Source: Candidatus Peregrinibacteria bacterium RIFOXYB2_FULL_33_20 (lineage in GTDB: Bacteria > Patescibacteriota > Gracilibacteria > UBA1369 > GWF2-33-10). From it: a stretch of 64,000 nt of DNA. The position numbers and the translations under genes were made by a program. The notes below the pieces were generated by a model, which saw only the letters and a list, made by a program, of their open reading frames with translations, was not told the origin of the DNA and searched no databases. Shown one piece after another: positions 17,580 through 28,300 of this stretch (its first letter is position 1; every line of letters begins with the position of its first letter). The stretch is from positions 60,256 through 124,255 of the forward strand of contig MFXK01000028.1 in NCBI GenBank assembly GCA_001788835.1, read 5' to 3'.

Positions 17580-19284
17580 ATTTTAATTTTGACTTTAAAT
17601 CCTTCCACTTCAAAGTATTAATGACATCTGATTCTGTCAGCCAGCCTCTTCTGGCATAAGACACGCCCAAATCCATCAGCCACAGGCTCTTATTAAAATG
17701 TGAATCAGTATCAATGATGAATTTACAGCCGGCTTCTTTGGCTCTGCGTATGTAGATATCAGGCAGATCCATTCTTTCTGGTTGGGCATTGATCTCCAGC
17801 CAGGTTTGAGTTTTAGCCGCTACTTGAAAAACTTTATCAAAATCTAAAGGATAAGAATCGCGACTACCAATCATTCTGCCTGTTAAATGACCGATAGCGT
17901 GGACAAAAGGATTTTGCATGGCTTTGCTAATTCTTTCAGTATTATCCTGATTAAATTTATAATGAATTGAAGCAATCACCATATCAAAATTTTTTAAAAT
18001 TTCATTCGGATAATCTAAACTGCCATCTTCCAGAATATCCACTTCCGTCCCATATAAAATTTTAATAGGAAATTTTTTATTTAAGGCGAGAATCTCCGCT
18101 TGTTTCTTTTGCAAATCCTCTAAATGAAGCCCATGAGCAACAGTCAGTCTTGGTGAATGATCAGTGATGGCAATATATTCATAACCTTTGGCTATTGCCG
18201 CCACCACCATTTGTTCAATCGAATTTTTGCCATCTGAATAATTGGAATGAATATGCAAATCGCCTTTAATATCGCTAAATTCAATCAATTTAGGGATTTT
18301 ATTTTGTTGAGCGGCCTCGATTTCTCCGGTATCATTTCTTATTTCTGGTGGAATATACTGCAAGCCCAAAGCTTGATAAATTTTTTCTTCGCTTTTGGAA
18401 ACTTTGACTTCACCGGTTTTGATATCAGACAAGGCATATTCATTAATCGTTAGGCCTAAATTATTGGCTAATTTTCTAATGGCAATATTGTGTTTTTTTG
18501 AGCCCGTAAAATATTGCAAAGCCGCACCAAAATTTTCTTCATTGACAATTCTCAAATCAACCTGCCGGCCTTCATCAATCAAAACAGAACTTTTTGTTTC
18601 GCCGTGGGCCAAAACGCGTTTAATTTCAGGAAATTTTAAAAATGAGCTAAAAATCTGGGACGGATTTTTACCAGCCACCAAAATATCAATATCGCCAATT
18701 GTTTCCTGCCTTCTGCGAAAAGATCCAGCCACTTCAATTTTTTTTACTCCAGGGATTTTTTTAATCCTGGTTAGTAAATCTTGGACTTTTGGATAAATAA
18801 ATCCAAGCAATACCCGATCTTGCGTATTTTTCAAAATATCTAGGCCGTGTAAAATATTGGCAATCGTTTTAGCTTTAAATTTTGGTAGCATTTCGGCTTG
18901 TCCTGACTTCATTACTTTTTCTAAGGAATTCAAATCTTTCACCCCAAAAGTTTCATGTAAAAGCTTAAGTTTCTTAGGTCCTAAAGATTGAATTTTCAGG
19001 AGATCGAGCAGGCTTTGGGGATACATTTTCAACATTATTTCATAAGCTTCTATTTTTCCGGTTTTGATATATTCCCTGATTTTTTGGGCTAAAATTTCTC
19101 CAATGCCAGGAATTTTTAGCATTTCGCCTCTTAGAATTAGTTCTTCCACATCAATAGGCAGTTCTTTCAAAACCTGAGCGGCGTTTTGATAAGCCCGCAC
19201 GCGAAAATAAGCATTTGGAGCTCCTTCTATTTCCAAAATTGCCGCCATATTTTCAAAAATTTTGGCAATGACTTCATTTTTCAT
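17566..19284 (-). CDS. polX: Family X DNA polymerase with C-terminal PHP domain (PolX)
   Basis: HhH region at the N-terminus, nucleotidyltransferase motif GSFRRRQETIGDIDILV, and PHP motif GDLHIHSNYSDG...ITDH. The ORF-track start at 19302 is TTG; I prefer the ATG at 19284 (MKNEVIAKIFENMA). Confidence 0.85.
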   Translation of the reverse strand: MKNEVIAKIFENMAAILEIEGAPNAYFRVRAYQNAAQVLKELPIDVEELILRGEMLKIPGIGEILAQKIREYIKTGKIEAYEIMLKMYPQSLLDLLKIQSLGPKKLKLLHETFGVKDLNSLEKVMKSGQAEMLPKFKAKTIANILHGLDILKNTQDRVLLGFIYPKVQDLLTRIKKIPGVKKIEVAGSFRRRQETIGDIDILVAGKNPSQIFSSFLKFPEIKRVLAHGETKSSVLIDEGRQVDLRIVNEENFGAALQYFTGSKKHNIAIRKLANNLGLTINEYALSDIKTGEVKVSKSEEKIYQALGLQYIPPEIRNDTGEIEAAQQNKIPKLIEFSDIKGDLHIHSNYSDGKNSIEQMVVAAIAKGYEYIAITDHSPRLTVAHGLHLEDLQKKQAEILALNKKFPIKILYGTEVDILEDGSLDYPNEILKNFDMVIASIHYKFNQDNTERISKAMQNPFVHAIGHLTGRMIGSRDSYPLDFDKVFQVAAKTQTWLEINAQPERMDLPDIYIRRAKEAGCKFIIDTDSHFNKSLWLMDLGVSYARRGWLTESDVINTLKWKDLKSKLKYDSL

Positions 19285-19393
19285 AAAATTATAATACGAC
19301 AAAACTATAAAACTATAAACTAAAAGCTAAATTTGACTAATTTGAATAAAATGCTGTATTTTTCCAGTAAATTCTTTAATTTTATATTTTTTT

Positions 19394-21034
19394 ATGAAAA
19401 CAAAAGTAATACTGATCAGTACTTTAGTTGTTTTTAGCTCATTTTCTGTGGCTTACGCTCTAAATTCTACTTTATTAAGCAGATCTGACAAACAAAGAGA
19501 GGTGGAGTTGGAACAATGTTATAAAAATGATCCGGAAAACATTCTAGTCACCATTGACAGTAATTTTTTTACTAAAAAAGACAGCAAAGATAGTAAAGAA
19601 AAAAAAGTTTTAAACTTTTTTAAAAAAAATATTGACATAAAATCAGTCAGTCTAGCTTTTGATGATGAATATTCTGAGTCTTTAAAAAACACTTTTGCAG
19701 TTAATACTGGTGAATATGTAACAAAAAAACTAGAAAAAATCGTGGAGAAAATTCAAAAAATTAAGTCTGTAAAAATGGCTGGTGTAAATAGATGTTTTTT
19801 GCCTGAAGCAATCCCTAACGATCCTTTATACAAAAATCAGTACCATCATGAAAAAATTAATAGTGTGCAAGCTTGGGATATTAACACCGGCAGTGATTCA
19901 GTGGTCATTGCTATTTTAGACCCTTACGGCGTGCAGGAAGGGCATGAAGACTTAATTGACAATGTGTGGATAAACGAAGGAGAAATCCCCAGTGATGGGA
20001 TTGATAATGATGGCAATGGCTATGTAGATGACATCCATGGTTGGGACTTCATGTTTAATGATAACGGAGATTATGGAATGTTGCAGACGAAATATCATGG
20101 CACGCAAGTAGCTGGTTTGGCGGCAGCAAAAGGTAATAATGCTATTGGTGTCACCGGCGTCTGTCAAAGTTGCAAAATCATGGCTCTAACTGTTAAAAAT
20201 ACTCGTCAAATGATCCCATCTTTTAAATATGCTGTTGATAATGGCGCTAAAATTATTGAAATGAGTTTTGGAGCCTATGGGGCGGATCCATACACAAATT
20301 TAGCCGTAAATGATGCTTATAACAGTGGACTGCTTATGATTGCTTCTGCTGGCAATGATAATACTGATGATCTTCATTATCCTTCAGATTGTAATCATGT
20401 AATGTCCATTGCGTTTACTGATACGGACGATCAAAGTGATGAATATACAAATTATGGAACTGGTGTTGACATGTCAGCGCCTGGGCAATATTTGCTGTCA
20501 ACATTTATTGATGGAGTAAAAGGTGTTAAATATGTGCCAATCAGTGGTACATCAGCCGCAGCACCTTTAGTAGCTGGAGCAGCTGGGTTGTTATGGTCTG
20601 AGTATCCAGGTTTATCATCTGATGAAGTTTATAATATCTTGAAATATAGTGCCAAAAAAATTGATACTATTAAACCAATTGGCACTGGCATGCTTGATGC
20701 TTATGCGGCTTTGAATTCTAATGGCAAAGTTCCGGCTCCGTTTGCGATTATAGAAAGTCCTTGGAACGGGAATACCATTCCTTTTGGAGAAAATGTGGAT
20801 TTGATAGGCAGTGCTGTTGGTAGTTCATATAAAATCGAATATCAACGAGAAGATGAAACGCAGTGGCACAGTTTGGCTAATATGCAAGGACAGGTTATGG
20901 AAGGACAATTAACAATTCTTTCCGCCTATCTGCTTAATCAAGGATATAATTATATCCTTCGCTTAACAGTATCAGCTGATAACAATGGACAAATCATTAC
21001 TGATAGTCATGAAGTCAAAATTTTGGTACAATAA
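19394..21034 (+). CDS. Secreted subtilisin-like serine protease (S8 family)
   Basis: Signal peptide MKTKVILISTLVVFSSFSVAYA. Catalytic triad contexts are VIAILD, HGTQVAGLAAA and SGTSAAAPLVAGAAGL. A C-terminal beta-rich extension follows. Confidence 0.85.
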   Translation: MKTKVILISTLVVFSSFSVAYALNSTLLSRSDKQREVELEQCYKNDPENILVTIDSNFFTKKDSKDSKEKKVLNFFKKNIDIKSVSLAFDDEYSESLKNTFAVNTGEYVTKKLEKIVEKIQKIKSVKMAGVNRCFLPEAIPNDPLYKNQYHHEKINSVQAWDINTGSDSVVIAILDPYGVQEGHEDLIDNVWINEGEIPSDGIDNDGNGYVDDIHGWDFMFNDNGDYGMLQTKYHGTQVAGLAAAKGNNAIGVTGVCQSCKIMALTVKNTRQMIPSFKYAVDNGAKIIEMSFGAYGADPYTNLAVNDAYNSGLLMIASAGNDNTDDLHYPSDCNHVMSIAFTDTDDQSDEYTNYGTGVDMSAPGQYLLSTFIDGVKGVKYVPISGTSAAAPLVAGAAGLLWSEYPGLSSDEVYNILKYSAKKIDTIKPIGTGMLDAYAALNSNGKVPAPFAIIESPWNGNTIPFGENVDLIGSAVGSSYKIEYQREDETQWHSLANMQGQVMEGQLTILSAYLLNQGYNYILRLTVSADNNGQIITDSHEVKILVQ

Positions 21035-21099
21035 AAGAGAATTGAAATGTTGGCAAATTTTCGCTAATTTTAAATTAGTCTGTTAATTTTATTGATAAA

Positions 21100-21789
21100 A
21101 TGCCAACGCCTTCCCTCCAGATCTTATTCCAAGACGAGAATTACCTTGGCTTTTTCAAACCATCTGGCCTGCCAACCAGTTTTGGTAAAAATGAAAATTA
21201 TTTTCTAAATATTGTTAAACAAAATTATCCTGAACTTTTCACTTTTATCGGGTTTAAAGCAGAAGAAGGCGGCCTTCTCTACAGGCTCGATAACGAAGCT
21301 TGCGGCCTCTTACTTTTTGCGAAAAACAAAAAAGCCTTTGATGAATTTATTAACGATGTAAATCTTGAAAAAATATACCTAGCTGAAGTTTTGAATCTTC
21401 CAAAACGAAACTCGGTTCCTAGCCTTCAGTTCTCTAAACTAAATATTATAAATTTCCCCATCGTCCATAAATCTTCCAAAAAAATGGCAGTTCTGATCCC
21501 TGGTAAAAAAATAACTTACCAAAGCTCCCCAATCTTCACCGAAACTAAATATCAAATTTTTTCAAACTCTCAGCTCTTAAAGTGTTTCATCAAAAAAGGT
21601 GTCCGCCATCAAATAAGAGTTCACTTAGCTTCAATCGACTGTCCAATTATCAATGATCAACTTTATAATAAAATGCAAATTTTAAATTCCGCCGATCATC
21701 TTCATCTCTGCTGCATCGGCATTAAATCAGAAAAATTAAATATTGATGTTTTAAATAAGTTAAAAGGATTGGTGGGATGGCTATCCTAG
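21100..21789 (+). CDS. RluA-family pseudouridine synthase
   Basis: Catalytic Asp motif LYRLDNEACGLLLFAK and the C-terminal GVRHQIRVHLASIDCPIINDQLY. Confidence 0.7.
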   Translation: MPTPSLQILFQDENYLGFFKPSGLPTSFGKNENYFLNIVKQNYPELFTFIGFKAEEGGLLYRLDNEACGLLLFAKNKKAFDEFINDVNLEKIYLAEVLNLPKRNSVPSLQFSKLNIINFPIVHKSSKKMAVLIPGKKITYQSSPIFTETKYQIFSNSQLLKCFIKKGVRHQIRVHLASIDCPIINDQLYNKMQILNSADHLHLCCIGIKSEKLNIDVLNKLKGLVGWLS

Positions 21790-21837
21790 CTTAAATTTCA
21801 AAATTTTGATATAATTAAACAACAACTATTTTTAAAT

Positions 21838-23226
21838 ATGCGCAGTAAGCTTGATGATCAATCTTTTGTACCAGATAGTTTAATAAAACAATATTTCAGT
21901 GATGCATTAACTCCAAGTGAACTATCAAAAGTAAATAGATTTATTGTAATTAATGGCATTTCTATTGAAATAAATGATTTAATAAATGCTTTGTATGGAC
22001 GAGAATTTCAGCCTCAACTTGACATGCAAGAAATTAGTAGTTTAGTGTCGCCAGAAGGTAACATTGCGGAATATGATGCTTATAAACAATTTCAAAAAAC
22101 AAGATCTTTTTTCACATATCATACAGATCAAATCAAAAGTAATATTAGAAAATTTAGATCAAAAAAAAGAAAAAAAATAGAAAAAATCATTAAATCTGCG
22201 GCAACTAAAGACATCAGTAAATTACTAAAACGAGAACAAATTCTAATGATGCTATCTCGAGGCCGTTTATATTATAATTCATTAACTGAATTTCTTACAC
22301 AATTTGCAGAATTGACAGAAGAAGGAGCAGAATGCGTAGCGCAAACTGTTAAAGAAACAAGAGATGAGATAATGCAAACAAGACAAGCGACACCTGATAG
22401 TAAAGCTCCTTTATTCAACATGTTACAGCCTGATGTTTTTTATAGATTAGCTAATTTATTAAGAATTAGGAATTCAAGAGAATTAAAATCTGTTCCAAGT
22501 ATAATTTTTGAAAGAGTTTTGATTGGACATGGTTTAAGTAATGATGATTTACAACAATTACAAACTAACCAACAAGTAGCAATAAAAGTACCATTTGACC
22601 TTGAAGTGGGTACTGGCTTTATGACTGCAGCATTTACCATTGTAATTACCTTAGCCTATGGCATATTAATACATGGCGTTGGTGATCCAATTTTTGAAAC
22701 TATGCTTATAGCCTCTCTTCCCATAATGGTAAGTGGATTTTCAATGGCAGCGATATCAAGTCATACAGGATGGACACCGATTACAAATTTAATTAGAAAA
22801 AGTCAATATCGTGAAGCTATTAATACAGCTAATGCTGAATATCAAAAACTCATAGAGCAATTAAGTGCTATTGTAAACAGACTTCAAACAAATGCTACTG
22901 GAAATTTGAGATTAGTATTAGCTAGAGAAATTTTAACACAAGCTTTAGGGACCAATGATTCTAATCCACAAAATATTGAAATTCTATCAAATGAGCTTAA
23001 TAGAATAATGTCTAACGAAGAAATTCAAAATCAATTTGAAGAATTTTGTTTAAATAGACGTGGTGAATTTGACAGTATAAGTTCTACGATAACATTATTA
23101 AATAATTTTAAGACTTATGAACGCAGCAAAGCTGAAGTTGAATCAAGTGTTAAACAGTCACAAGATCATCAAAGTGAACCCCCGACACATCCTGGCATAG
23201 CTAGTCAAATGAAATTAAGGCATTAA
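21838..23226 (+). CDS. Hypothetical membrane protein (462 aa)
   Basis: Long clean ORF. A Lys-rich stretch (RKFRSKKRKKIEK) is followed by two central hydrophobic helices (GFMTAAFTIVITLAYGILIHGV, MLIASLPIMVSGFSMAAISS) and a helical C-terminal half. No family recognised. Confidence 0.5.
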   Translation: MRSKLDDQSFVPDSLIKQYFSDALTPSELSKVNRFIVINGISIEINDLINALYGREFQPQLDMQEISSLVSPEGNIAEYDAYKQFQKTRSFFTYHTDQIKSNIRKFRSKKRKKIEKIIKSAATKDISKLLKREQILMMLSRGRLYYNSLTEFLTQFAELTEEGAECVAQTVKETRDEIMQTRQATPDSKAPLFNMLQPDVFYRLANLLRIRNSRELKSVPSIIFERVLIGHGLSNDDLQQLQTNQQVAIKVPFDLEVGTGFMTAAFTIVITLAYGILIHGVGDPIFETMLIASLPIMVSGFSMAAISSHTGWTPITNLIRKSQYREAINTANAEYQKLIEQLSAIVNRLQTNATGNLRLVLAREILTQALGTNDSNPQNIEILSNELNRIMSNEEIQNQFEEFCLNRRGEFDSISSTITLLNNFKTYERSKAEVESSVKQSQDHQSEPPTHPGIASQMKLRH

Positions 23227-23408
23227 TTTTTTTATAATTTTTACTTGTCGCAATTGGACGTTTTAGTTTTCTCTCAAGTTTTTTTCTAGCATTATCGGCA
23301 ATAGTCCCGCCAATTTCAGCATTTTTTTAAATTTGGCTACAAAAAATTATTGATACTTAAACCTAAATTTTACAATTCTTAATTTTGCAAATCATGCAAA
23401 TGATATAT

Positions 23409-24482
23409 TCAGACTTTCCCAAAATTCTCCAACACCACCTTCCCTGTTTTCTCCCATGAAAACTTGTTAGCTTGATTTAATCCTTTTTCAATTAATGTTT
23501 TTCGAAAACTTTCATCTCTCAAAATTTTCCTAAATCCATCAGCTATTTCATTTACATCTTCAGCCTTAACCAAAACTCCAGCCTTGCCAGCCACTTCAGG
23601 CAATGACGAATTATTGGAAGTCAAAACCGGACAACCGCAAGCCATGGCTTCTACTACTGGGATGCCAAAACCTTCATACAAAGACGGATAAGCAAAAAGT
23701 TCGGCATTACGATATAAGTCAGGTAATTGCTTGTCTTGGACATAACCTAAGAATTTCACTCTTGAACTTAAATTTCGCTTTTGCATTTCCGCAAAAATAT
23801 TTTCATATTGCCAGCCTTTACCACCGCCAATATATAGATCTAAATCTTCAAACTCATCCTTGATCAGGTCAAAAGCTTGAATTAATCTGAGTTGGTTTTT
23901 TCTAGGTTCTAAGGTCCCGATATTCAAGATATAATGATTTTTAGTGCCAGAATTCTTTCGGGGGGAAAAAACCTGAGGATCAAAAGCATTATAAGTAATC
24001 ACAATTTTCTTTTTGTCAATTTTAAATATTTTTTCCAAATCCTGAGCGGTATTTTGGGATACGGTAAAAATTTTTATCGCATTTTTTAAAACTTTTTTCA
24101 AGGTAAATTTTTCAATAATTTTGGCTTTTTTATCGTTAAAATCAGAATAAAGAAAAGCCGCTAAATCATGCACTGTCACAATATATGGCAAAGATTTTCC
24201 CAGTAAAAAAGGAATAACGTAGCTTGTCGGCGCCCAAAATAAATCCACTTGGTCTTTTTTTAAATTTTTATAGACTTCCAGATGCCATTTAAGTCCATTT
24301 AAATTAATAGTTTTAACTTTCACATTAGCAAATTTATCAAAAAACCTTGTATTTTGATCGGTATAAATAATAAAATCAAATATAGTCTTTTGATTTAGAA
24401 TATTTTTTAATATATTAAAAATATAAAAACCTTTACCGGTTTTGTTAGCAATCACTTCTCGGCCATCGATTCCTATAATCAT
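23409..24482 (-). CDS. GT-B fold glycosyltransferase (family 4 type)
   Basis: EX7E region YPSLYEGFGIPVVEAMACGCPVLTSNNSSLPEV. Confidence 0.8.
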   Translation of the reverse strand: MIIGIDGREVIANKTGKGFYIFNILKNILNQKTIFDFIIYTDQNTRFFDKFANVKVKTINLNGLKWHLEVYKNLKKDQVDLFWAPTSYVIPFLLGKSLPYIVTVHDLAAFLYSDFNDKKAKIIEKFTLKKVLKNAIKIFTVSQNTAQDLEKIFKIDKKKIVITYNAFDPQVFSPRKNSGTKNHYILNIGTLEPRKNQLRLIQAFDLIKDEFEDLDLYIGGGKGWQYENIFAEMQKRNLSSRVKFLGYVQDKQLPDLYRNAELFAYPSLYEGFGIPVVEAMACGCPVLTSNNSSLPEVAGKAGVLVKAEDVNEIADGFRKILRDESFRKTLIEKGLNQANKFSWEKTGKVVLENFGKV

Positions 24483-24537
24483 ATACTTGTAATTTTAATA
24501 ACTTAGACTTAATCTACTATTAGTTTACAAACTTTAT

Positions 24538-25215
24538 ATGTCATTGCAAACTATAAAATATCGTATTCTTAGCTTGCCACTGCCCACCAAAATCATTTTG
24601 ACAGGCTCATTTTTAACCTTCATTGGCATGTTCCTGCCTGTCTATTCTGATGTGAGTCAATGGGGGAAAGGCGTGGTTTATTTTGGCATTACCGGACCAT
24701 TAAGTCTGATTGGCATAGCTGTTATTTTCTTTTCTGGTCTGCCTTTATTAAGTTATTTTGCCGGAATTTTTAGATTAAATTTCAGAAAATATTTATGGAG
24801 CTTAGAAAAATCAGCGCAAATCAGCGCTTTAGAAAATATATTGTTACTAACTATCATGTCTTCAGTTTTTTTGAACAGCGATTTTGGCGTTAATTTAACG
24901 GTAAAAGAGCTTAGAATTGGTATTATTTTAGGATTTACTGGTGTTATCGGTAATTTCGTTGGTTATTATTTATCTAAAAAGATAAACAATCATAGTCCTT
25001 ATGTCATCCCTACTGAAAATCTTGATGATAATCAGGAAGAGCCGGCTGATGCTTCATTCATCAAGCTCCCCAACCATGTACAGGATCGAATTCATAAAGT
25101 TCTAAATGATGTCGAAGAGAAAAATCCATACTCAATCCCCAAAAAACAAATTATAGACAGAAGTTCCGAAAGCGCTCTTTCTTCTAACAATTATAATTTA
25201 AGAATGGATTTATGA
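24538..25215 (+). CDS. Hypothetical polytopic membrane protein
   Basis: About five hydrophobic helices followed by an acidic, hydrophilic tail. No family recognised. Confidence 0.5.
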   Translation: MSLQTIKYRILSLPLPTKIILTGSFLTFIGMFLPVYSDVSQWGKGVVYFGITGPLSLIGIAVIFFSGLPLLSYFAGIFRLNFRKYLWSLEKSAQISALENILLLTIMSSVFLNSDFGVNLTVKELRIGIILGFTGVIGNFVGYYLSKKINNHSPYVIPTENLDDNQEEPADASFIKLPNHVQDRIHKVLNDVEEKNPYSIPKKQIIDRSSESALSSNNYNLRMDL

Positions 25216-25388
25216 CGCAACCCAAATCTCCCGGCTGTATAAGATTTTTCTGTAGAAATTGTGCGAAAATTATCGAAAATCCTGAGCAAAAAAAAGATAC
25301 ATATGTTTACCTTTGTCCTGATTGTAAAGAAGATCAAGTGACTTTTGGCACTGAGAAAAGCATTAAACATTTCTTTCATTTAAAATAA
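25212..25388 (+). CDS. Small zinc-ribbon protein (58 aa)
   Basis: The ATG at 25212 overlaps the TGA of the previous gene (ATGA). MTQPKSPGCIRFFCRNCAKIIENPEQKKDTYVYLCPDCKEDQVTFGTEKSIKHFFHLK has two CxxC pairs. Below the ORF-track size cutoff. Confidence 0.4.
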   Translation: MTQPKSPGCIRFFCRNCAKIIENPEQKKDTYVYLCPDCKEDQVTFGTEKSIKHFFHLK

Positions 25389-25398
25389 ATCCATTTTT

Positions 25399-28300
25399 TT
25401 ATTTTAATTCTATCTCCACTGGATCGCTGAGCGTGAAAATTTGACTACCGTCGCTACTTATGATGCCGGCGTAGATTTTATCTTTTGGCGTAAGGTCTGC
25501 GGTGTTTTCTAGAGTGGTGGGACAAGGACAGATATTGCATTGCGGGACGGCAGTATAAACGCCCTGGTCAAGCTGGTTCATCAAATCGTCGCTGTGAGTG
25601 AAACCCTGCACCTGATCAGGTTGATCATCTTTCTTGTTTAACGGATCAGAGCCGCGCAGGATTTCTTGATAATCAGTGATGCCACCTTTATCAGTGTCTG
25701 GATCATTGAGGTCAGTGCCATATTTTTTCTCTTTTAAATTTGATAAACCTTCGTTGTCAGTATCATCATCACTGGCATCAAGCGGATTGGTAGCCTCTTG
25801 AATTTCCTTGAAATCATTTACACCGCCACCATCAGTATCAGCTAGGTTTGGATCAGTACCGTATTTTTGTTCTTCCGTGAGAGTAAGACCGTCGTGATCA
25901 GCATCGCTGTCAGGCACATAAGGATCAAGATCCAGTTTTTCTTCTTCGACGTTTGTAAGGCCGTCATGATCAGAATCAACTTCATAACAGTTGTAAATTT
26001 GGAAAACCCGATCAGCAATTTCCAGAAATTTGCCTCTGGTCAAGTCTTCGTTAGGTTGGCTGGCTTCCTCTTGAGTTAAAATGAAAGGTTTAGCCAGTTC
26101 AGTTTTAAAATTTAAATATGGCGTTAAATCCTCAGCAATATTGATCCAAGCTTGATACCATGGTTCGGTTGTTTGCACGTTAGGTAGAGTGATGATAGTT
26201 TGTTTTTTATCAGTCAGGAATTTAGCCAAAACTTCAGTGATAATTTTGGCTTGCTCGGCCAAATTGATAAAGGCGTTTGGCTTAAATTCTGTGAGGCCGG
26301 TACTGGTATCCAGGGTAGCTAAATAACCGGTGATATAGCCTTTCAAGAACGCTTCTTTGGTATCGGCGAAAATCCATGATTCAACTTGATCAAGCAGGAT
26401 ATCGCTGAAGACAGGCGGGTTCTGATAAGATTGTTCTGATGGTTTGGTGCAGAGCATGCCAAGCATAATCTTGGTAAATTCAACACGGGTGATTTTCTCG
26501 TCAGGTTTTAAATTAATCTGACCACTTTCCTCCGTACCGTTCAATACGCCATTATCATACAGCGTCTTAATGGTTGGATAAATTGGGTCATCAGTTGAGA
26601 TATCGCTAAAGGGAGAGACTTCTGGCTGTAAAGGATTTTGATCAAGCTGGTCATTGATATTGTCATGATCAGTGTCTGGATCATTTGGATTTGTTCCTTT
26701 ATGATATTCTTCGAGATTAGTCAGTTCATCATTATCATTGTCCATAGCTGAATCTTTCGGATCAAGTGGATTTAAAGAATAGATTAATTCTTCTTTATCA
26801 GGAATGCCGTCTTGATCAGAATCTTTCTTGTCTAAAGCAACCGGGTTAATTTGTGATAAATTAACTTGTTTGGAATTAAGACTTTGTAGATCAGGGCTTT
26901 TTTCGCTGGAAATATAAATTTCCGCTAGCAGCTTTGATTTGTTGTCAGTCAATTCAATCACCAAAGGATCGGTTTCATCTTCAACTGCTTTTGGCCTTAG
27001 ATCCAATTCTTTTTGCAATAAGAAAATGTTGCCATTGGTAGCAATGATCGCTAAACGTAAGTTGTTTTCATCCAAAATTTCTAGACCGCCTGGATACAAT
27101 GGATCATCTCCAGGTAAAGTATTGGCTTTGAGAGAATTTTCTAAAATTTTTGTAAAAATACCATTTAAATTGCTGACACTATTTGCTGAAAATTTGTAAT
27201 CATTACTAAGAGTCCTGACATCAGTATTCACGTCAGGCACAATTATTGTGCTGAACACAGTTTCGTGCGTCTGAGTATCGATAATCGCCAGTGAAGTTGG
27301 CAAGTTGTAATCAGCTGACAGGATGTCGGTGTAATACTCATCCTTTTTTTCATCAGCGATCAGTAATCTTGGAATGTCTGGATTCAAAGTCGCAATCACT
27401 TCATTTTGATCGTTTTTGATTACAAATTCATCTAAAGTAGTCAAATCATTGACTTGGAATTGTCCATTTTCGTCAGAGAAATATTTTTTATCTTGGGAAA
27501 TGCTAGGTGTTTCCAGAGGAGTTAAAACACCGTCTCTTTCACGCAAGATTGTGATTGGTATTTCAGATTCGGCAGGATTAAGTCCTCCTTCAATTGAGCC
27601 GCTGGTAGCTGTAGATTGATTTAATTTGATCTTGGGTACAGACATGTTCACTTTAATATTTTTGGTATTTTTATGCCCATTGCGATCAAAAACAGTTAAA
27701 GCAATTAATTTGGGGTCTAAATCATCATAAGGACCGATATTGAAAGTGGAAGCAGCTTCGCTAAGAATTTCATAATCATTGCTAGTATCTCCATCATTAT
27801 CACTGTCAGTGTTGGCATCAATATCCCATCCATATAAGGAGATTTCTCCATTTGGGTCAAATGATTTAGAAGCGTCAAGAGCCTTGGTTTTAAATATTGA
27901 TAAATCGATTTCCGTAGCTCCAGGATCAGCGTAAGGTTCGGTATTGTCAGCGCAAACTTGAGGCGAGACCAAAATGACATTGGAATCGGTGCTGAATACA
28001 CCGTGAGAATCGAAGCCTCTGAAATTGATAAAATAATTACCATTATCCAAACTGTAATTGATCAAAGTTTGCTTGAAAGAATTAATATTACTGAATTCTA
28101 CCACTTCTGCTCTGTTTAGATTTAAACTAGGACCGGATAGAAAATTAATTTCCGCTTCATCTCGATTGGTGGATAAAATTGAACTATCGGCAAAAAGCAT
28201 CATGCCTGGAGATAAGTGCTGAAGATCGCTAGTTAGGGTGGTGTTGATAATTTCAATAAGACCACTTTTCACCTTAATTTTCGCACCATAACGACCATTT

